Assembly (NCBI GenBank): GCA_964035545.1
Contig: OZ037767.1
Span: forward strand, 2,057,680-2,121,679
Direction of reading: 5' to 3'
DNA from: Bugula neritina
Lineage: Eukaryota > Animalia > Bryozoa
Length of the DNA stretch: 64,000 bases
In this document: positions 39,938 through 54,340 of the stretch, in pieces
Layout of the letters: the number at the start of each line of letters is the position of its first letter
How positions within the stretch are numbered: the first letter of the stretch is position 1
Position numbers and translations under genes: made by a program
Notes under the pieces: generated by a model
Seen by the model: the letters and a program-made list of their open reading frames with translations, nothing else
Told to the model about the DNA's origin: nothing
Databases searched by the model: none

Positions 39938-40280
39938 TAGGGGTGTCCAACCTTTTCAGAGCGAGGCCACTGAAATGGATTAATATTTTGGTGTAAAGAG
40001 GGCTACTTTGTAAAATTTAGCTTGAACTGGGGGGCCACAGCATCAGCATTTTCAAATTACTTTATTCCAAATTCCTATGAATCATTACACAATGGAGTTC
40101 CAATAATTGCTGCAGACTGTATGTTTTGTAGCATGTGTATAAATAAGACAATTAAAAGGTGATTTTCCACTCTAATCCATATACATGTGCAAAATAATTT
40201 TACTTGTCATGCCTTTGAGGGCCACATAGATGTAGACTGGGGCAGCATCTGGCCCTGGGGCTGCCTGTTGGACAGCCCTG
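39938..40280. mobile_element. non-autonomous hAT (Charlie/MER30-like) MITE
   Basis: Terminal inverted repeats TAGGGGTGTCCAAC (39938-39951) and GTTGGACAGCCCTG (40267-40280), 12/14 match; internal GGGCCACA-like repeats; the 8-bp target duplication is degenerate. Confidence 0.65.
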
Positions 40281-41375
40281 ATATAATCAATGCATTTGGC
40301 AGCCATGAGCATACTGAGATCTCTTGTGTAATGTCAGCTACTGATATCTGTACAACTGGCAGTGTGTTCACTATACTATACTATCATACTGATGGTATAA
40401 TAGTACTATTTGAAAAAATAAATTATCTTGGCGCCTACAATGAGTTTAGTTAATTTACACTTAATTCCCTTCTTTTATATGCAAAAAAGCAAAACTAGAA
40501 AAACTCTAAAAAAGTTTTGGCTTGCTGCTTTTGTGTTACAATGGCTAGGATAAGTGTAGAATAAAATAGCTGAAATGGTTTGAATGATAGAGTAAAGATT
40601 GGTACATTACATTATAGTTCAGGGCTTAATGCTCATTGAAAATTTTCTGCAGGTTGGTTTGTATTTTTCGTAGCCTCAATAGCATTGTTTATTGTGGTTA
40701 TACCTTGAACAGAGTTTATACAAGTATTATGTAAATATCCTAGCCACATACTATGATAGCTGCTTTGATTGATAAGTTTGATTGCTTGCCCATTATCATG
40801 AGAAAGTCACTGAAAATTTATAATAATTATGGCTAATTTAAATAATTCATTATAATATTATTAACTTAAACTGCAGTTTTGATAACAAAAATTACCTGAT
40901 AATAGTCATCATTGGTTTTCAATAGCGATTTAAATAATTTGTTAATCTAATTTGTTGGATAAAATTTGATATCAGTTTATGTATTTTCGAACTACAATAA
41001 ATAATGCACTATAGTCTAACGGACTAATTTCCTTTTGTTTATTTTACCAAAATATAAATTAGGGGGTAGCCAACTCCAACATTTGTGTGTCCATGTCTAG
41101 AAATAAACTCCACGTTACCAGTCAGAACAAAGCAGGAAACTCAGTTGAATCTAGTGATTGTTTTTAGGAGTTGTCTCTATCGCATTTTAGTAACATATGT
41201 TTTTTAATTTTAACATAACAAATAAAATATTTTTTATTTATTTATTTTATTATCTACAATTTACGCATTTATAAATTATTTTTGTGCACGTTCAAATGTA
41301 TAAAATAAAAATGAAGCAGAAACGTTATTTTAACACCTTTATAATATGAGAAAGATATTTATATGAACCTAAATG

Positions 41376-41409
41376 CCGGTTGCGCAACGCAGCTGGACGT
41401 AAACGCTAA
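41376..41409 (+). mobile_element. Helitron-like 3' terminus
   Basis: GC-rich hairpin CCGGTTGCG-CAA-CGCAGCTGG (two G-T pairs), then 9 nt, then CTAA|T, matching the hairpin + CTRR|T rule; the 5' end is not defined. Confidence 0.4.
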
Positions 41410-44400
41410 TAGTTGCTTACGTCATGAGTATGAGTAAAATAATCACTCCACTAGAGTGATCGATTTGTGAAACTGGCTAAGGTCAGTTATAATGAAATGT
41501 AAAATATTATTTGATTATCTACATTGTCAGTGGAAGTTGAGTGTGAGAGAGATCGCTTTAGTTCGTCATCTGAAGCCAAGTCCAGGTCTTTAACAAACCT
41601 GTCAAACTCACACAGGCATAAACTAAGATGTTGTGCATCTGCTAATTATTTGTGTGACCATAATGTACTGTGAGAAAAGGCAAAATATTTGAACATCTTA
41701 TTGGGTTAATCTTAAAAACCAAGTTTGACTCTTCTAGACAGCAGAGCTTAAGACAGCTTTTTAAACGGAATAAATAAGTAAGAGGTCTTCTTCTGTTCAC
41801 GGCAATTGTAAGGAAAATGGTGAAAACTGATTAGGAAAAAAGATGGTACTTAAAGAACTAACTAGAGCCTGTTAAGAATGTTGGAGAACATGAGAACAAT
41901 AGTCCAATGGCCTGAAGTCATAACTGCATAATGTCTGCACAAACTATAGATGCAGTTCACAAAATTTTATCTAAAATAGGAAAAAGCCAAGTCATTTCCA
42001 CAAGCTTTATCAAGCATATACTTATCCAGCCATAACATTTGTCAAGATAAAAAGTGAAAGTGAATACAACCCAAAAACTTAAATCTATTGAATAATTGCA
42101 ACATAAAGAAGTGTTGCAAATTACAAGAAAGTATTTATCTGTAACTTGTGTCACCAAAAGATCTTCTACCTGCAGAAACTTTGCTGTATCCTTCTAACCA
42201 ACTGGTATGTCTGCTGTACCAAGCTACTCCACAATGTAAAGTCAACAGAAATATCAACACATCCATAAACGAGTTTATCATTTTGGTGCACATATCTTTA
42301 TTCTTAGTGGACTCAGTGACAGAAAGCCTGAGCTCTAACAATTAAAAAGAAGTAGCATTGCTCAAGTAATAGACTGTCTTAAAAGTTTTGAAACATGTAG
42401 GACTTGAAGCTGCCTTCAGATAAACAAAATTAACCTGCAGTTGTTTAATTTGTTGATGTAATGAACAAATATATATAGTAAGCACATAGTAAGTATACAG
42501 TGTTATATGGACAATGGTCAGACTATAGTTGCAAGGATATGCAGTAAGTCTGCGTTCAGTTTGATCCCAATGTCTACGCATACTTGGAGTTCTTCAGTTG
42601 TGTTTGCAAAAAGCTCCCTCATTCCCATGTATGCTGTACTTGAACAAAACAAGTTCTTATATTCAGCATGGAATTATATTGAATATGATTTTACTTGATG
42701 TTTAGGTTGAAGTTTCTAATTATGTTGACTCTAGCCAAAAATTCAAGTTGAAATTCTGCCTAAGGTTCATAATATAATTATTTTTAAATAAAACTTTAAA
42801 CATTATCATATATACGGTGGTCATGAGTAAACTTCAAGTAATTTAAAAAACTTTAATGTAGTCGAAAAAGCCGTGAATTAGCAGAGTGTGCCAGTTTTGA
42901 AATTGCATCAGCTTGTTTATAAAGACTTGCATTAAGGAGACAGAATGACAGTGGGAAAAATCAATGAATGCGAAAACTTGAAGCTCTCTCAAGTACTCTA
43001 GTAAGAAAGTAGTCAATACAATTATTATGTTACGTCATCATTTGTAAGGGATTCCTTTTAGATTTCCAGTTGAATGTTGTTTGAGTTTGCTGTTAACAGC
43101 ATCTAAATAGCTGAGTAGCTGTCAACTGTAACGCAATATTGTTTCTCCTACATTTTGTTTTTCAATATGCCAGTGTGACCCAGTTGATAGAGCAAATCGT
43201 TCTCAGTGCTGCTAGGACTGTATACCTCTTTACCAAAAGTAGATAAACATCAGACAGGTGGTGTATTCATTAAAGTCTGGTTATTAACTCTTTTCAATTT
43301 GAAAGTTCCCAAGCTACTCTGTCTAACAGATTTTAAAAATAATCCAAATTAAGAGCCACATTTTAATACCCAGTACTACAAACACTAAAATATTTTATTG
43401 CTGTTATTTAAAAACTCAATTAGATTGTGACTAATTTTCCTTACTTCCGGTTTCTTTAATTTAAAATATATCATGTAAAAAATTTTCATAATTCTATCGT
43501 AAAAATCTGTGGTTTATGACTGTAAGAAACTGTTGGTTATATCATGCATTCAATCATTAAAAGGTAAACACATGTGTGTTACAGCAACATCTACCAACTA
43601 ACTTAGCTCGATGGTTGAGACTAGTAGAGGAAGTTGTGTTTGAATCACTAGAAACAAATCAGTTAGATTTTTGTAAACAGTCTTAGAATTTAAAGCAAAG
43701 CTTTAGAAGTATAATAGCAATGCTCATGTGCTGTGTTCGGTTCCATATCTTTTAAACTTCTAAAATAAGCACTTAGTGACTGAATTAAACCCACATTGTT
43801 ATAATGTCCAATAGTAGCTGTTGAATGAGAATTGGTTTGCAATAACTTTCTGTTTGAGTTATGTCTAGTTGAATTTCTATTAGTCTTTTATGATTATTTG
43901 CAAAATAACAAAGCGCATATACATAGTTAAACAAATTAGTAAATTTCTTTGTCAAAAAAAAATTTTGGAACAAAAGGTTCAGCACAAGTAACTTTACTTG
44001 TCTAGACAATGAATTGTCAACTTTAGGCAGAAAATTCAGTCAATTAATGGCAAAATTTAGGATAATTTTTATTGGTATATTTGGTCTTTTAGCTTTATCC
44101 TCACAACAGTTTCTCTAAAGGAATAGTCGTGTTTCATTATCATCCTAGTACAGTTATACCCAGCAGTAAACATTTTTCTTTAGAAAAATTCCTAGTAGTT
44201 TGTTTTATTTCTCTCTATAAGCCTTTCGTGACCAGTATTCCCAATTTATTCATCTGTTGTTTGGAGCATGTATATTTCTGTCCATATAGTCCCACTAGAG
44301 GCTACATTTTAGCTGGTCTAAAGAGATGAAAGCAAATAATGCAAGCAGTTACAAATGAATCAATATTTCCCACAGCTAACTGTTCAATCAGCAAATATAA

Positions 44401-44777
44401 GGGTAATGTAGTATCATGTCAATATCTGCATATAGTCAGCAATTGGCAGCTTAGCAATCTTCACTATAAATATGCTATTATAATTATAAATAAACAAAAT
44501 GTATTAATTATAGTTATTCTATAATTGCTTATTTCACATCAAACTGTGATTATTAGAAAAAATCAAATAAGACACCATGTAAGCTAATGATTTTATTAGC
44601 TTTTAATGTAAAACAAATAATGTACTAAGATAAGTTTATAAAACCAAAGGGTATTTTATTTATTTACCATCTCGTGTTTTTATGGTTGAAATGTTTATGA
44701 GAATCTAAAGCATTTTTAAGGCTATGAGATTCTTATGCCTCAATCAATAGGCCTACTTGTAAAAATGGCATAAAGCA

Positions 44778-44878
44778 TTTAAACTGCTGATGTGTGTCAC
44801 AAGGTGCCCTGTTTAATGTGTGTCATAGTTTAAACTGCTGATGTGTGTCACAAAGTGCCCTGTTTACCGTGTGTCATG
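44778..44878. repeat. 51-nt tandem duplication (2 copies)
   Basis: tttaaactgctgatgtgtgtcacaa(g/a)gtgccctgttta..gtgtgtcat occurs at 44778 and 44829. Confidence 0.9.
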
Positions 44879-47800
44879 CTATACCAGCACTTTTCTAACT
44901 TTCATTGCGGAGTATTATTGAACGTTGACTGGCTCATTTTACTTAACGCATCTTTATACTGTAGCCCTTCTAGGGTATATATGATAGCTTGTATAATAAT
45001 GTATTTCTGATGGGATCAATATGAAATCAATTAATTCCGGTGGCTTGTAAACCAATTGTTTGATCTATTTTACAGACAGACTCTAGGTGTAATATTATAA
45101 GCATGTTTAAGAACTATGGTCTATAATGAGCCTAAGTAGAAATATATCTATAATTAGCAATAGGGTTGCAAAAAAGCTAAAGAAATTCGGGTGATACAAT
45201 TCCCCAATAGCTCCTATAGTACAATGGGTAGTTTCACTGGTTTGCAAATTAGAAGTCTGCAGCTAGATTCCTGGCGGGATTCAAGTGGGGTGCTTTATTT
45301 TACAAATATACAATTTCTTCACCTACAATCCTCTAATAACTAGTGCTATTTCAAAAGTCTATGTCAAAGAAATTTGAAAAACTTTGAATATCTTTTGTTA
45401 TCTATTTGTAAGCTTTCTTCGTGCAAAATCAAAGTTTGGAATATACTGATTACCTTATGCGAGCTTATGTTACAATATAGGAATGAAATAGTGCTCGGGA
45501 TTGGCAACAATAGCTAGTGTCACTCAACACCCTTAATACTTTCTCAGCATATGTTTATCATAGCTTTTGTAATATGAAGCGCAACGTTCTGTTGCAAATA
45601 TCTATAGGCTTACAGAAATCTTCATTGAATCTCAAGTTTTTTAATGTTATACAAGCTATTGAGAGGCAAAAGGCTGATCAACTTAATATAAATTTCAGCC
45701 TGGTGGTTATAAAAGTATGCCATGAGTTGAAACATTAATTTTGAACAAATCAAAAATAATTCTTTTGTTTCCCAAACAATGTAGCAACATTTTTTAACTA
45801 TTAGAGGTAAACTTTCATGTTTTACTCAATAGCAAAATAATATTTGAAATTGGTGTATTGCAGTTTATTTTGATAATGAGAATATTGGTAATAAGGCAAC
45901 AAAATAAAAGTCGTTGGCAACTTGCAGCGTTTAAGTTTTCGAAAATTTTGACTACTCAAGAACGCATATAAAACATAGCATTACAGGCTTTCAAACCATT
46001 CATAACATTCAAAAACATGATAATTCAGCTATAAGCACAAAGTAATTAAAGTTTCAAACTATCAACATGCCTTTTCCCTCCGAGTTCTATAAAAAAAAAT
46101 TTTCCATAGCATACTCAAACTATAAACATAAATAACTAGGCTGCTTATATTTAGTTCATTTCAATATAAATATTAGCTGAAACACAGTTACCCAACTTAA
46201 TTTCCAGTTAATTTAGCATGACCAACTTTGTAATATTAGCAGTTATTAAGTTATCTTTTCAGTATAGAATGGAAAGAATGCTACAACATAATAAATCAAG
46301 CGACATGCAATGGAAATTAAGTTTATTGTTTAGAAAAACTCAATTTACACAATTCCTAATCTGTGACCTGTACTGTATGATATATATCTGTCTATAATCA
46401 AATATATGTTTGAATAATATAGTTCATATAGCATGTATATACATTCTCTCTGTGCATAATCACAAAATATTTGTGGCTTTGAAATTTCTCTTTCCATGTA
46501 GTTGAATCTTTCAGTTCCCAGCCCTACAGAGCTATCAGAGAAACTTATTTAATTACATGGAAACTTTGATTTCAAAACAATCTGGGCAAGTTTTGGCTAA
46601 TTCCTTTTCTACTCCTACACCTGGAAACATTGTGCAAGTTTGGAGTTATTGCTCCATTGTATTATTCCAGCTGAAAAACTAATTGTAAAAAATGGTTCAT
46701 CTGACTCACAGCTTTTTGTTCCCATACGGCACTTGTAAGATGCTACACGCAGATATTACAGACTAAACTAAGGTTCACTGAGGCTATTGACACCAGAGAA
46801 CCTTATTATACCAGTGAGTGTTTCCTAGGCTGCTATGTAGACCTCGAGGAGAATAGGAACAACGTAATACATCAGCATATTTGCTTCAAGCGTGTGAACT
46901 GTTGATTCAATTCTTATATTTTGACATACTCAAAAACAGACATGCATTATGATAAGAAATATATGTTTACAAATACTCTAGAACATAAGCATAGACAAGA
47001 CAATGTAAAAGATTCATTATAACTCTTAGACATCAAGCAGTTTTTCAGAACAACCATAACTGCCTCATCTGGTTGTTATTTGCTGCTAAAGAAAATTCCT
47101 TTAAAGTTGTTGGTCTCTAAATCTTACCAATTAGATTCTACAGAGTACAGACCTTAGTTAGAAAATCTTCAGTTAGTACAGAAATTCTGGTTAGAGATAA
47201 CAATATGGTGGTGAGAGGGTTAACGTACAAGCATTACTGATAAAAAAATTATGATGAAACGATGCTAATGACTGAAAAATATTGTTTTAGAATAATATAT
47301 AAATAATAAGTTTCTTTTTAAATCTTTTTTTGTAGTTTTAATCATAAAAAAATATAAAATTCCCTAATCCACAGATAAATCGAAGTTTGACTTGCAAATG
47401 CAATTTTTCATGTAGGACCTATTAAAGGGTAATCTGTTTCCATTTACGGGATGATTTAAGGATAAAAAGGTTTTTATGTCAGAAGTTCAGAGTCTAGGAC
47501 CTAACCATTTACATGTTCATTCAGGCGTCCTTGGGTTTTGTTGGTACAACTAAAAGAAGATCTACCACCTGTTTAGGTAATCTTTGTTAGATGCCAAGAT
47601 GAAAGTGTTAACTTAGCTTGCCTTTTTAATCATTTCTGGTTTGATATAGATTTAGAATACTGTTTGCTTTGTTTTACAGACGTACAATTTCTTAAGCTAC
47701 AAAAACCCATTAACTAATACCATGGTTTGAAAAATCTATGTTGCTAAAAAAGCCATAGCAACATGGATACGATGCAAACATGTATTTAGTAAACTAGAGA

Positions 47801-48620
47801 CTTGAAATATTTCCAACGAAAGTAAAAGCAACGGCATAACAAGTTTGCTTCCAAGCAGCCGGTTATTGTCAAAATAGACAAGCTAGAGCCTTAAAAACAA
47901 GGTTTGTAAGCCTATACAATAGTGCAATTATAACGTCTATTGTTTGTAGCGGGATTTAAGCTTTTCAAGTGCATATCACTTAGATGAGTGTAAGCTGACA
48001 GTTTCTTGTCTCAACTAGTAGTGAGCCAAAACTTTAGCAAGCTTGGCAAGCAACACCATAGTTATATAGGGTCCGTTACTAGCAGTCAGTTTTTGAGGAT
48101 ATAAGTGCAAATTCTGCTGTGGAACTTGTTTTAAACAATAGTTCTCCATTATAGATGCTATGAAAGCTGATCTTTATCTTTGGAGATAATCTTGTTTTAG
48201 AGTTCAAATTCTTAAAAACTCAATTAAGTATTTTACTTCCCTTATCTGTTAGCTATGAAATGTGAATGGCTATTCATACAAAACAGAAAGGTTTCCCTTG
48301 ACTTACGTGTTAAAAATAGTTACCCCTATATAATGACCTCATTCTTAAACCGTATGTAAAGGAAATTAGCTAAATATTATATTACAGGGTCATACATATT
48401 TGAGAACTAAATCACCAAAATAACTCCTTCTACTCTCCATGCTACTGAGAAGTAAACAGCCTTTATAATTACTTCCAAATTGCATAATGTAATCTAATTG
48501 TATGCTAAGCAAATCTATATATTTATAACACTCAGATTTAGTTGGTTTAATCAGTCATAACAATAGCATGACTCACTAAAATTTGATTGTATTATATGGT
48601 AGTCATGTAAGTTTCTTTCC

Positions 48621-49016
<396 letters not shown>

Positions 49017-50059
49017 ACTACCTTGATTAACTTTATTGATGTTCATGTGAAGGAATTAGGAATATAAGGACATAATACTACATATTTAGAGTGTCAAAGA
49101 GCCTCCAGCGTCACATTAGCTTATGCAACCTCCTCTCTTCTCCCTTTCCCCTTCCCACTTCCTCCCAGCAGTGTTGCACACATCTAACCTTCAGCTGTTG
49201 TTGGTTATGAAGCATGCAAGATATATAGAACAGTGTTGAAGAATTCTCAAAGTGTTTTCCTAAAATGTGACTGTCACCAGCCATTGGTGTTATGGATAGG
49301 TAACTAGCAGCTGTGTTGATTACTTGCCAGAAACAGCAAATCTGTCACTTCCTTGCTGCACTACGAGAATTTCCTTTCCAGCTAATAGCATAAAAGTTGC
49401 TGTAGCTATTGTTTTCGTAGTTTTGGTGTTACGTTCCTTCATAGTCTTTTAGTTTGTGGTGAGGTTTGAACTCATGATGATTTAACAAAACAGTCAAATG
49501 CTAAAATAGAACAGCTATTGAAAGTAACAAATACGCACATAACTGAAAAGTTTATCTATATAGGCGTGATTCTTGCGTACATGTATGGTAAGCATGCAGA
49601 GCAAGAAATTTCAGACCTCTGAACCAGGAATTTTCTTATTCTGCCATAGTTTTGGACTTTATATATAATCATCTACATATAGTTTTATACATTATACTTA
49701 TACATTATACTAAGTTAGTTATAATGGAGATTAGTTTTCATGACATCTAACAGTCATTTTCCAGTGTCACGAGCCTAAGATTCATAATTAGTATATCTAT
49801 AAGGATATTGTTTCTAGCTGTCAACCTGACAAGTACATGCTTTGTATAGTAACTATAATAACACCTGCTTACAGGAAAGCCATTTACACAGGTTTTCATA
49901 TATCCATAAGTTGATATTGACAAGAAGCATATTCAAATAAGTTGTTTATTACTCACAAATTAGACAAAATTGTCTGGTTCTTATATCATGTGTTGTCAAA
50001 CATTCCCCTAGGAGAAAATATTATATAAAAGGCTTATTAGACTTTAAAAACTCATGCAA

Positions 50060-50264
50060 GTTTATAGCCATCATCCCTGTGAGAAAAACCCTGATGGAAG
50101 GGGTTTTTGTTAAATCGGGCTAAGGACTTATTCAGATGGGGCACAGGAGCAATTATGACTGAATGCTTTTCTTAACATCACCAATGGCCTTTGGGGGAGG
50201 GGGTGCTTAAACTCATGACCTCATGTTTACTAGGCAAGTACTCTAATCCCTAGACCATGGCTGC
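50060..50264 (-). mobile_element. degenerate tRNA-derived SINE
   Basis: The minus strand reads gcagccaTGGTCTAGGGATTAGAGtacttgcctagtaaacatgaggtcatGAGTTTAAGCacc, i.e. A-box and B-box at tRNA spacing, followed by a non-tRNA body. The 3' boundary is approximate. Confidence 0.5.
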
Positions 50265-53174
50265 TCTCTTTCACATATTAGGTTTTAGTTTGTGGAAATT
50301 ACCTAAAGTTGAATATTTAAAGAGCCAACTGAAGTGTAGTTAGCAACGGCAAATCTTGCTCCCTAAACTTTACAGTTTACATGTTGGATGTATCTGTAAA
50401 ATCTGAAATAAAAAGCACTGTAATGGTTGTTAGAAATTTATGTTAATAATAAATTTAAATATGCATGGTAACATTTAGTATGTATTTTGAGACTATTTAA
50501 ATATTTCAGAAAGGCTGTGTTCTATTAGCAACCTCTTTGGGATTCTACACGTTGGACTGTCAGTCACTTTGATGATGACATGATCAGGGAAGTTGCACGT
50601 CAGCATAACTGATCATAGAATCCGCCATAAAAGGAATGTGATGGTAAAATTGGCTATGCAATCACACCTACTATATGAGTCTAAGAAAAAGTTAGTTATT
50701 ATAAAGCAACAAACGATCATTACATATTTCCTTGTACACTATATGCTTCATTCTTTCACTCTGAATAGATTTTCCTACATGGCAAGCTTGCATAATTTAG
50801 GCGCAGTTATCTAATGGTATTGATACAAATTGAATCTGTCAAAATATTGTCTGCATACAAGGAACTTGAAGCATTTGCAGATTACACAAGGACGTTTTAT
50901 CTCAGAAATTAAGTACTAATCTATATGTAATTACAATTTAGACTGTTGCTAATAGTCTTTTGATAAGAGCCAACCACCTGGTTGGAAAGAAAGAGATTCC
51001 CAGTAAGGGGTTTGGGGTAGCTATGATTCCTTTGCTATGTGCTTTAACTTATAAAAGCACAATTAAAGCTTTAGAAAATTAGTTATACAGACATAGACCA
51101 AGCAAGCACCTGGAGTTAAGTCTCAAATGTCCAATAGCTGGTTAGACTTTACAAGTAGAATTAGTTTTATTGCAGGTACCGATGATAGAAACGAAGAAAA
51201 TTTGCAGAATTTCAATTAACTTTTTAAAGGTTTCTATACAACATTTAATTAATGGTTTTGCACAACATCCGCCATTTTCACATTTCATAACAGTATTTCA
51301 GTTAAAAATGTGTTCAGAATTTGCATGTTTCATGCATGTATTATAATTTTCAACCAGCACTTTGTGCTGTGAAAATCATATAAACTTTCTATACAAGGCT
51401 CAAATAAACCAACAGATAGATGCAGTAATGGAGATCTCTTAGCAGCCTAAATTATTTAATTTTCTGAGTAAATCATGTTTTAAAAAATGAGAACATAACT
51501 TCTTTTGCCAAAGTTACCTAAAACACAGACTTTTCTCTACTTCTTCATTACTGCACCTCAATGAAAGGATTGTATAGCAGGCCTAATGTCAGAGTTGTCA
51601 AAGCTACACATTATAGGAAGTGTGATGGGTAAAAGACGTAATCAGGAAAATATGTTTCCACTAATAAGGAGTTTGTTAAAATTTTTATGATTCTATACAG
51701 TTGCTAGTTAGTCACTGTCATGTGTTTTGATTAGCAAGAGCTTGAAGAGTGCTGGGTAAATTTTAGTAGTAGGTACTCATACTCGTTCTCGTTGACTGCT
51801 TGCAAAATAAAGCAATCATGTTTTGAACCTAAATAAAAATGCAGCAATTATAAACCCAAATTAAACACAAATCAAGTTACAGTCTTTACAGCAGAGTATG
51901 AACCTATATCTAAATAAGTAATAACCAGCTGCCTTATGAAGGTCAAAGGTTAAATAGGAATATATTAATTGTTTTTGTAGAAAAAGCTAGAATTGAAGCT
52001 CATGGTACTTTGCTCAGTAGTGCAGCTGACATCCAGTGAATATTAGGAAAAAAATTCACATACCAAGACAGAAAGCCATTCTTAGATTAAGCTTCTAGGC
52101 TATTAATTATATGATTGGAAGTTGACTAAAATGAGTCCATTGTGTTTAAAAGAAAGCTAATTAAATAGAAAGCCATTTTTTTCTTTTGTTTGAATATATG
52201 CATAAAATACACTGGTAACAAGTTATCATTGATGGCGGTGTATCTTAGTACATAAAACTCAGTCAATTCTTTTTCAAAATATCTGAGAATTTGTTCAAAA
52301 GAATTATAATCTGGAATGTAATAAAATTTATATAGGTGGTATATTTGATGGAAACTAAGCATTGTATCTTTGCACTCCAGAATAATAGGCATTGAAGGTA
52401 CAACTTGGAGCTCTCTCCATGTTGTATTCTAGTTCTGTTTACTACTGTAAATTTTCTAGCTGAGTGATTTTGTAAGAATACAACCAATGACAACACACCA
52501 GGTTTATATCCTTTGTAATCTTATCAACAAAGTATATATAATGTATTATACAGGATATGTGAATGTAAGTTTGCATCTATACAAAGGATAGAATTATAAT
52601 ATACTGATAACAGCATCTATACATGATACAGTTTTACAGTGCTAATGTGCTTTATATTGGAATTAAGCCCCTAGGTTTGGAGTTGGGGGGATGGTTGACC
52701 CACTGTTCTTTGAAGTCAATTTCTAAATTAGGGTTCTTTTAAAATTGCGCAGAACTATAAGTTTCAGCCATAACTCACATTAGAATGACCATTTACTAAG
52801 AGCTATAATAAACTAGACTTCTGTCAGACAGCCCAACCATAAGGGACACTTTATGAATGTGTTCAACAGCAGCATCTGGCCATGTGTAGGCCAATTTGTG
52901 ATTGATAGAATTTGTTGCAACGGGCAGCAGTTGTGTCGCTTGTTAATGTTTCAAGTTTGTTGATCCAGTCTTTGTGTCTGTTTTCTAGTCATCAACTATG
53001 CAGAGTATATCATTTTCACCCATAGCTAAGTTTGCTCAACAAATTGAACTTTAAACAAGGGCAGGTGAACAGTAGAATTAAAACGTTTAAATTTTTGTGA
53101 AACAAAGGAATGAAGTTGGCTTAAAATGCGTGTATAGCATATTTATCTATCTAGCAAAATCTTTTATGGCCCCT

Positions 53175-53305
53175 AGTAGCGCTAGTAATATTATTAGTAG
53201 TAGCTAATAGTACTACTAGTATTACTAGCAGCTACTGCTAGTAATACTAGTAGTAGTTACTAGCAGTTTCCTGTGCTGCTACTAGTAACCTTTACTATAC
53301 TACTA
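53175..53305. repeat. mixed (AGT/ACT)n simple repeat with an internal perfect inverted repeat
   Basis: Direct inspection; 21-bp arms at 53211-53231 and 53235-53255. Confidence 0.85.
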
Positions 53306-54169
53306 CATTCCTTTTTATGTAGCTGTCAAGCAGGTGGAGTGTAAGCTGTGAATAGGTGCTATTATTATACTGTTTGTAAATATTCTGTCTAGCTATACAA
53401 ACCATATAATTGAGTTACCTTCAGTGAAATAATGTGATGTTTTAGTTTAGACAAACTAGAAAGCTATTTTTGATAAGTATTGCAGAACCTCCTCTCTTAA
53501 GCAGCACCAATATTCCTCAAACTAAAGCCACCCAAAAGAGTTATGATCTGACTTGGCAGTTTGTGTGATTTCTCATTATAAGCTTCTGCTTTTAAGGATA
53601 GGTCAATCATGATTATATTGGAACCAAAAACTGTCAGATTTCCAAATTGCTCTGTAAAACTTTGCTACTTTTGTACTATAGTGCTTGCTCTTCTACCGTC
53701 TTGTAGTTTTGATATGCATTCAGATGTCCAGATGTCTGCTCTTTGCTATAATGTAGAACTTGTTGAATATTTCCTGCCAATGCTATCAATAAAGTTAAAG
53801 AGTTTCAGATGCAAGAACCTCCAATGAGCTACATTATTAAAATATATAGCAGGTCATGGGCAAACAACAACTTCTGAATAAAAGAAATTAAACAACTTAG
53901 TGCAGTATATAATTCCATTACTTTTTCATCTGAAAGGACGCCTTTGGAAATGCACAAGATAAGCCATGCTTTATTTCTTTTTTAGGTATTTAACATTTCA
54001 GTAGCATATCTGTAGGTGTTGAATCTACACATCACAGTTACACTGCACATATTGTCTTCTAAAGAGATTCACAATGATACCTTATACAAATATCAGCTTT
54101 ATTCAAGATAGACCTGCAGGAGAAAGGTGGATACAAAAGAATTTAGTAGGCTGAAGTGTCTAATCAATG

Positions 54170-54340
54170 ATTAGCCAATCAGAACGTTGGAACCTTATCG
54201 ACTTTGACTGGTTAACCATTACTAATCACAATAACATTGAATTAATTATACAATGTAGAGACAAAGAGCGCAGGCGCGCCTACTCAATTACTGTTGCATC
54301 AAGAACTATAGCTCAAGTTTGCGTAAAAAGTAGGATGGCG
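54170..54340 (+). promoter_or_regulatory. housekeeping-type promoter and first exon of the EHMT gene
   Basis: CCAAT box (ttagccaatcag, 54171-54182), NRF1-like GCGCAGGCGC (about 54268-54277), local CpG enrichment, and ATGGCG (YY1-like start context) at 54335-54340 followed by donor gtcagt. Confidence 0.65.

Noticed and set aside
41900-42700. Cluster of short ORFs on both strands, faintly like an integrase or transposase
   Set aside because: No catalytic motif or continuous frame could be recognised; needs a BLASTX/Dfam search.
45210-45280. tRNA-like sequence (similar A-box-like pieces near 6264 and 43603)
   Set aside because: A-box present, but no intact T-arm or cloverleaf; at most decayed SINE heads.
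53640-53830. Possible RTE-type LINE remnant on the minus strand (…ISKLQDGRRASTIV…)
   Set aside because: Similarity is too short and interrupted by stops to support a call.
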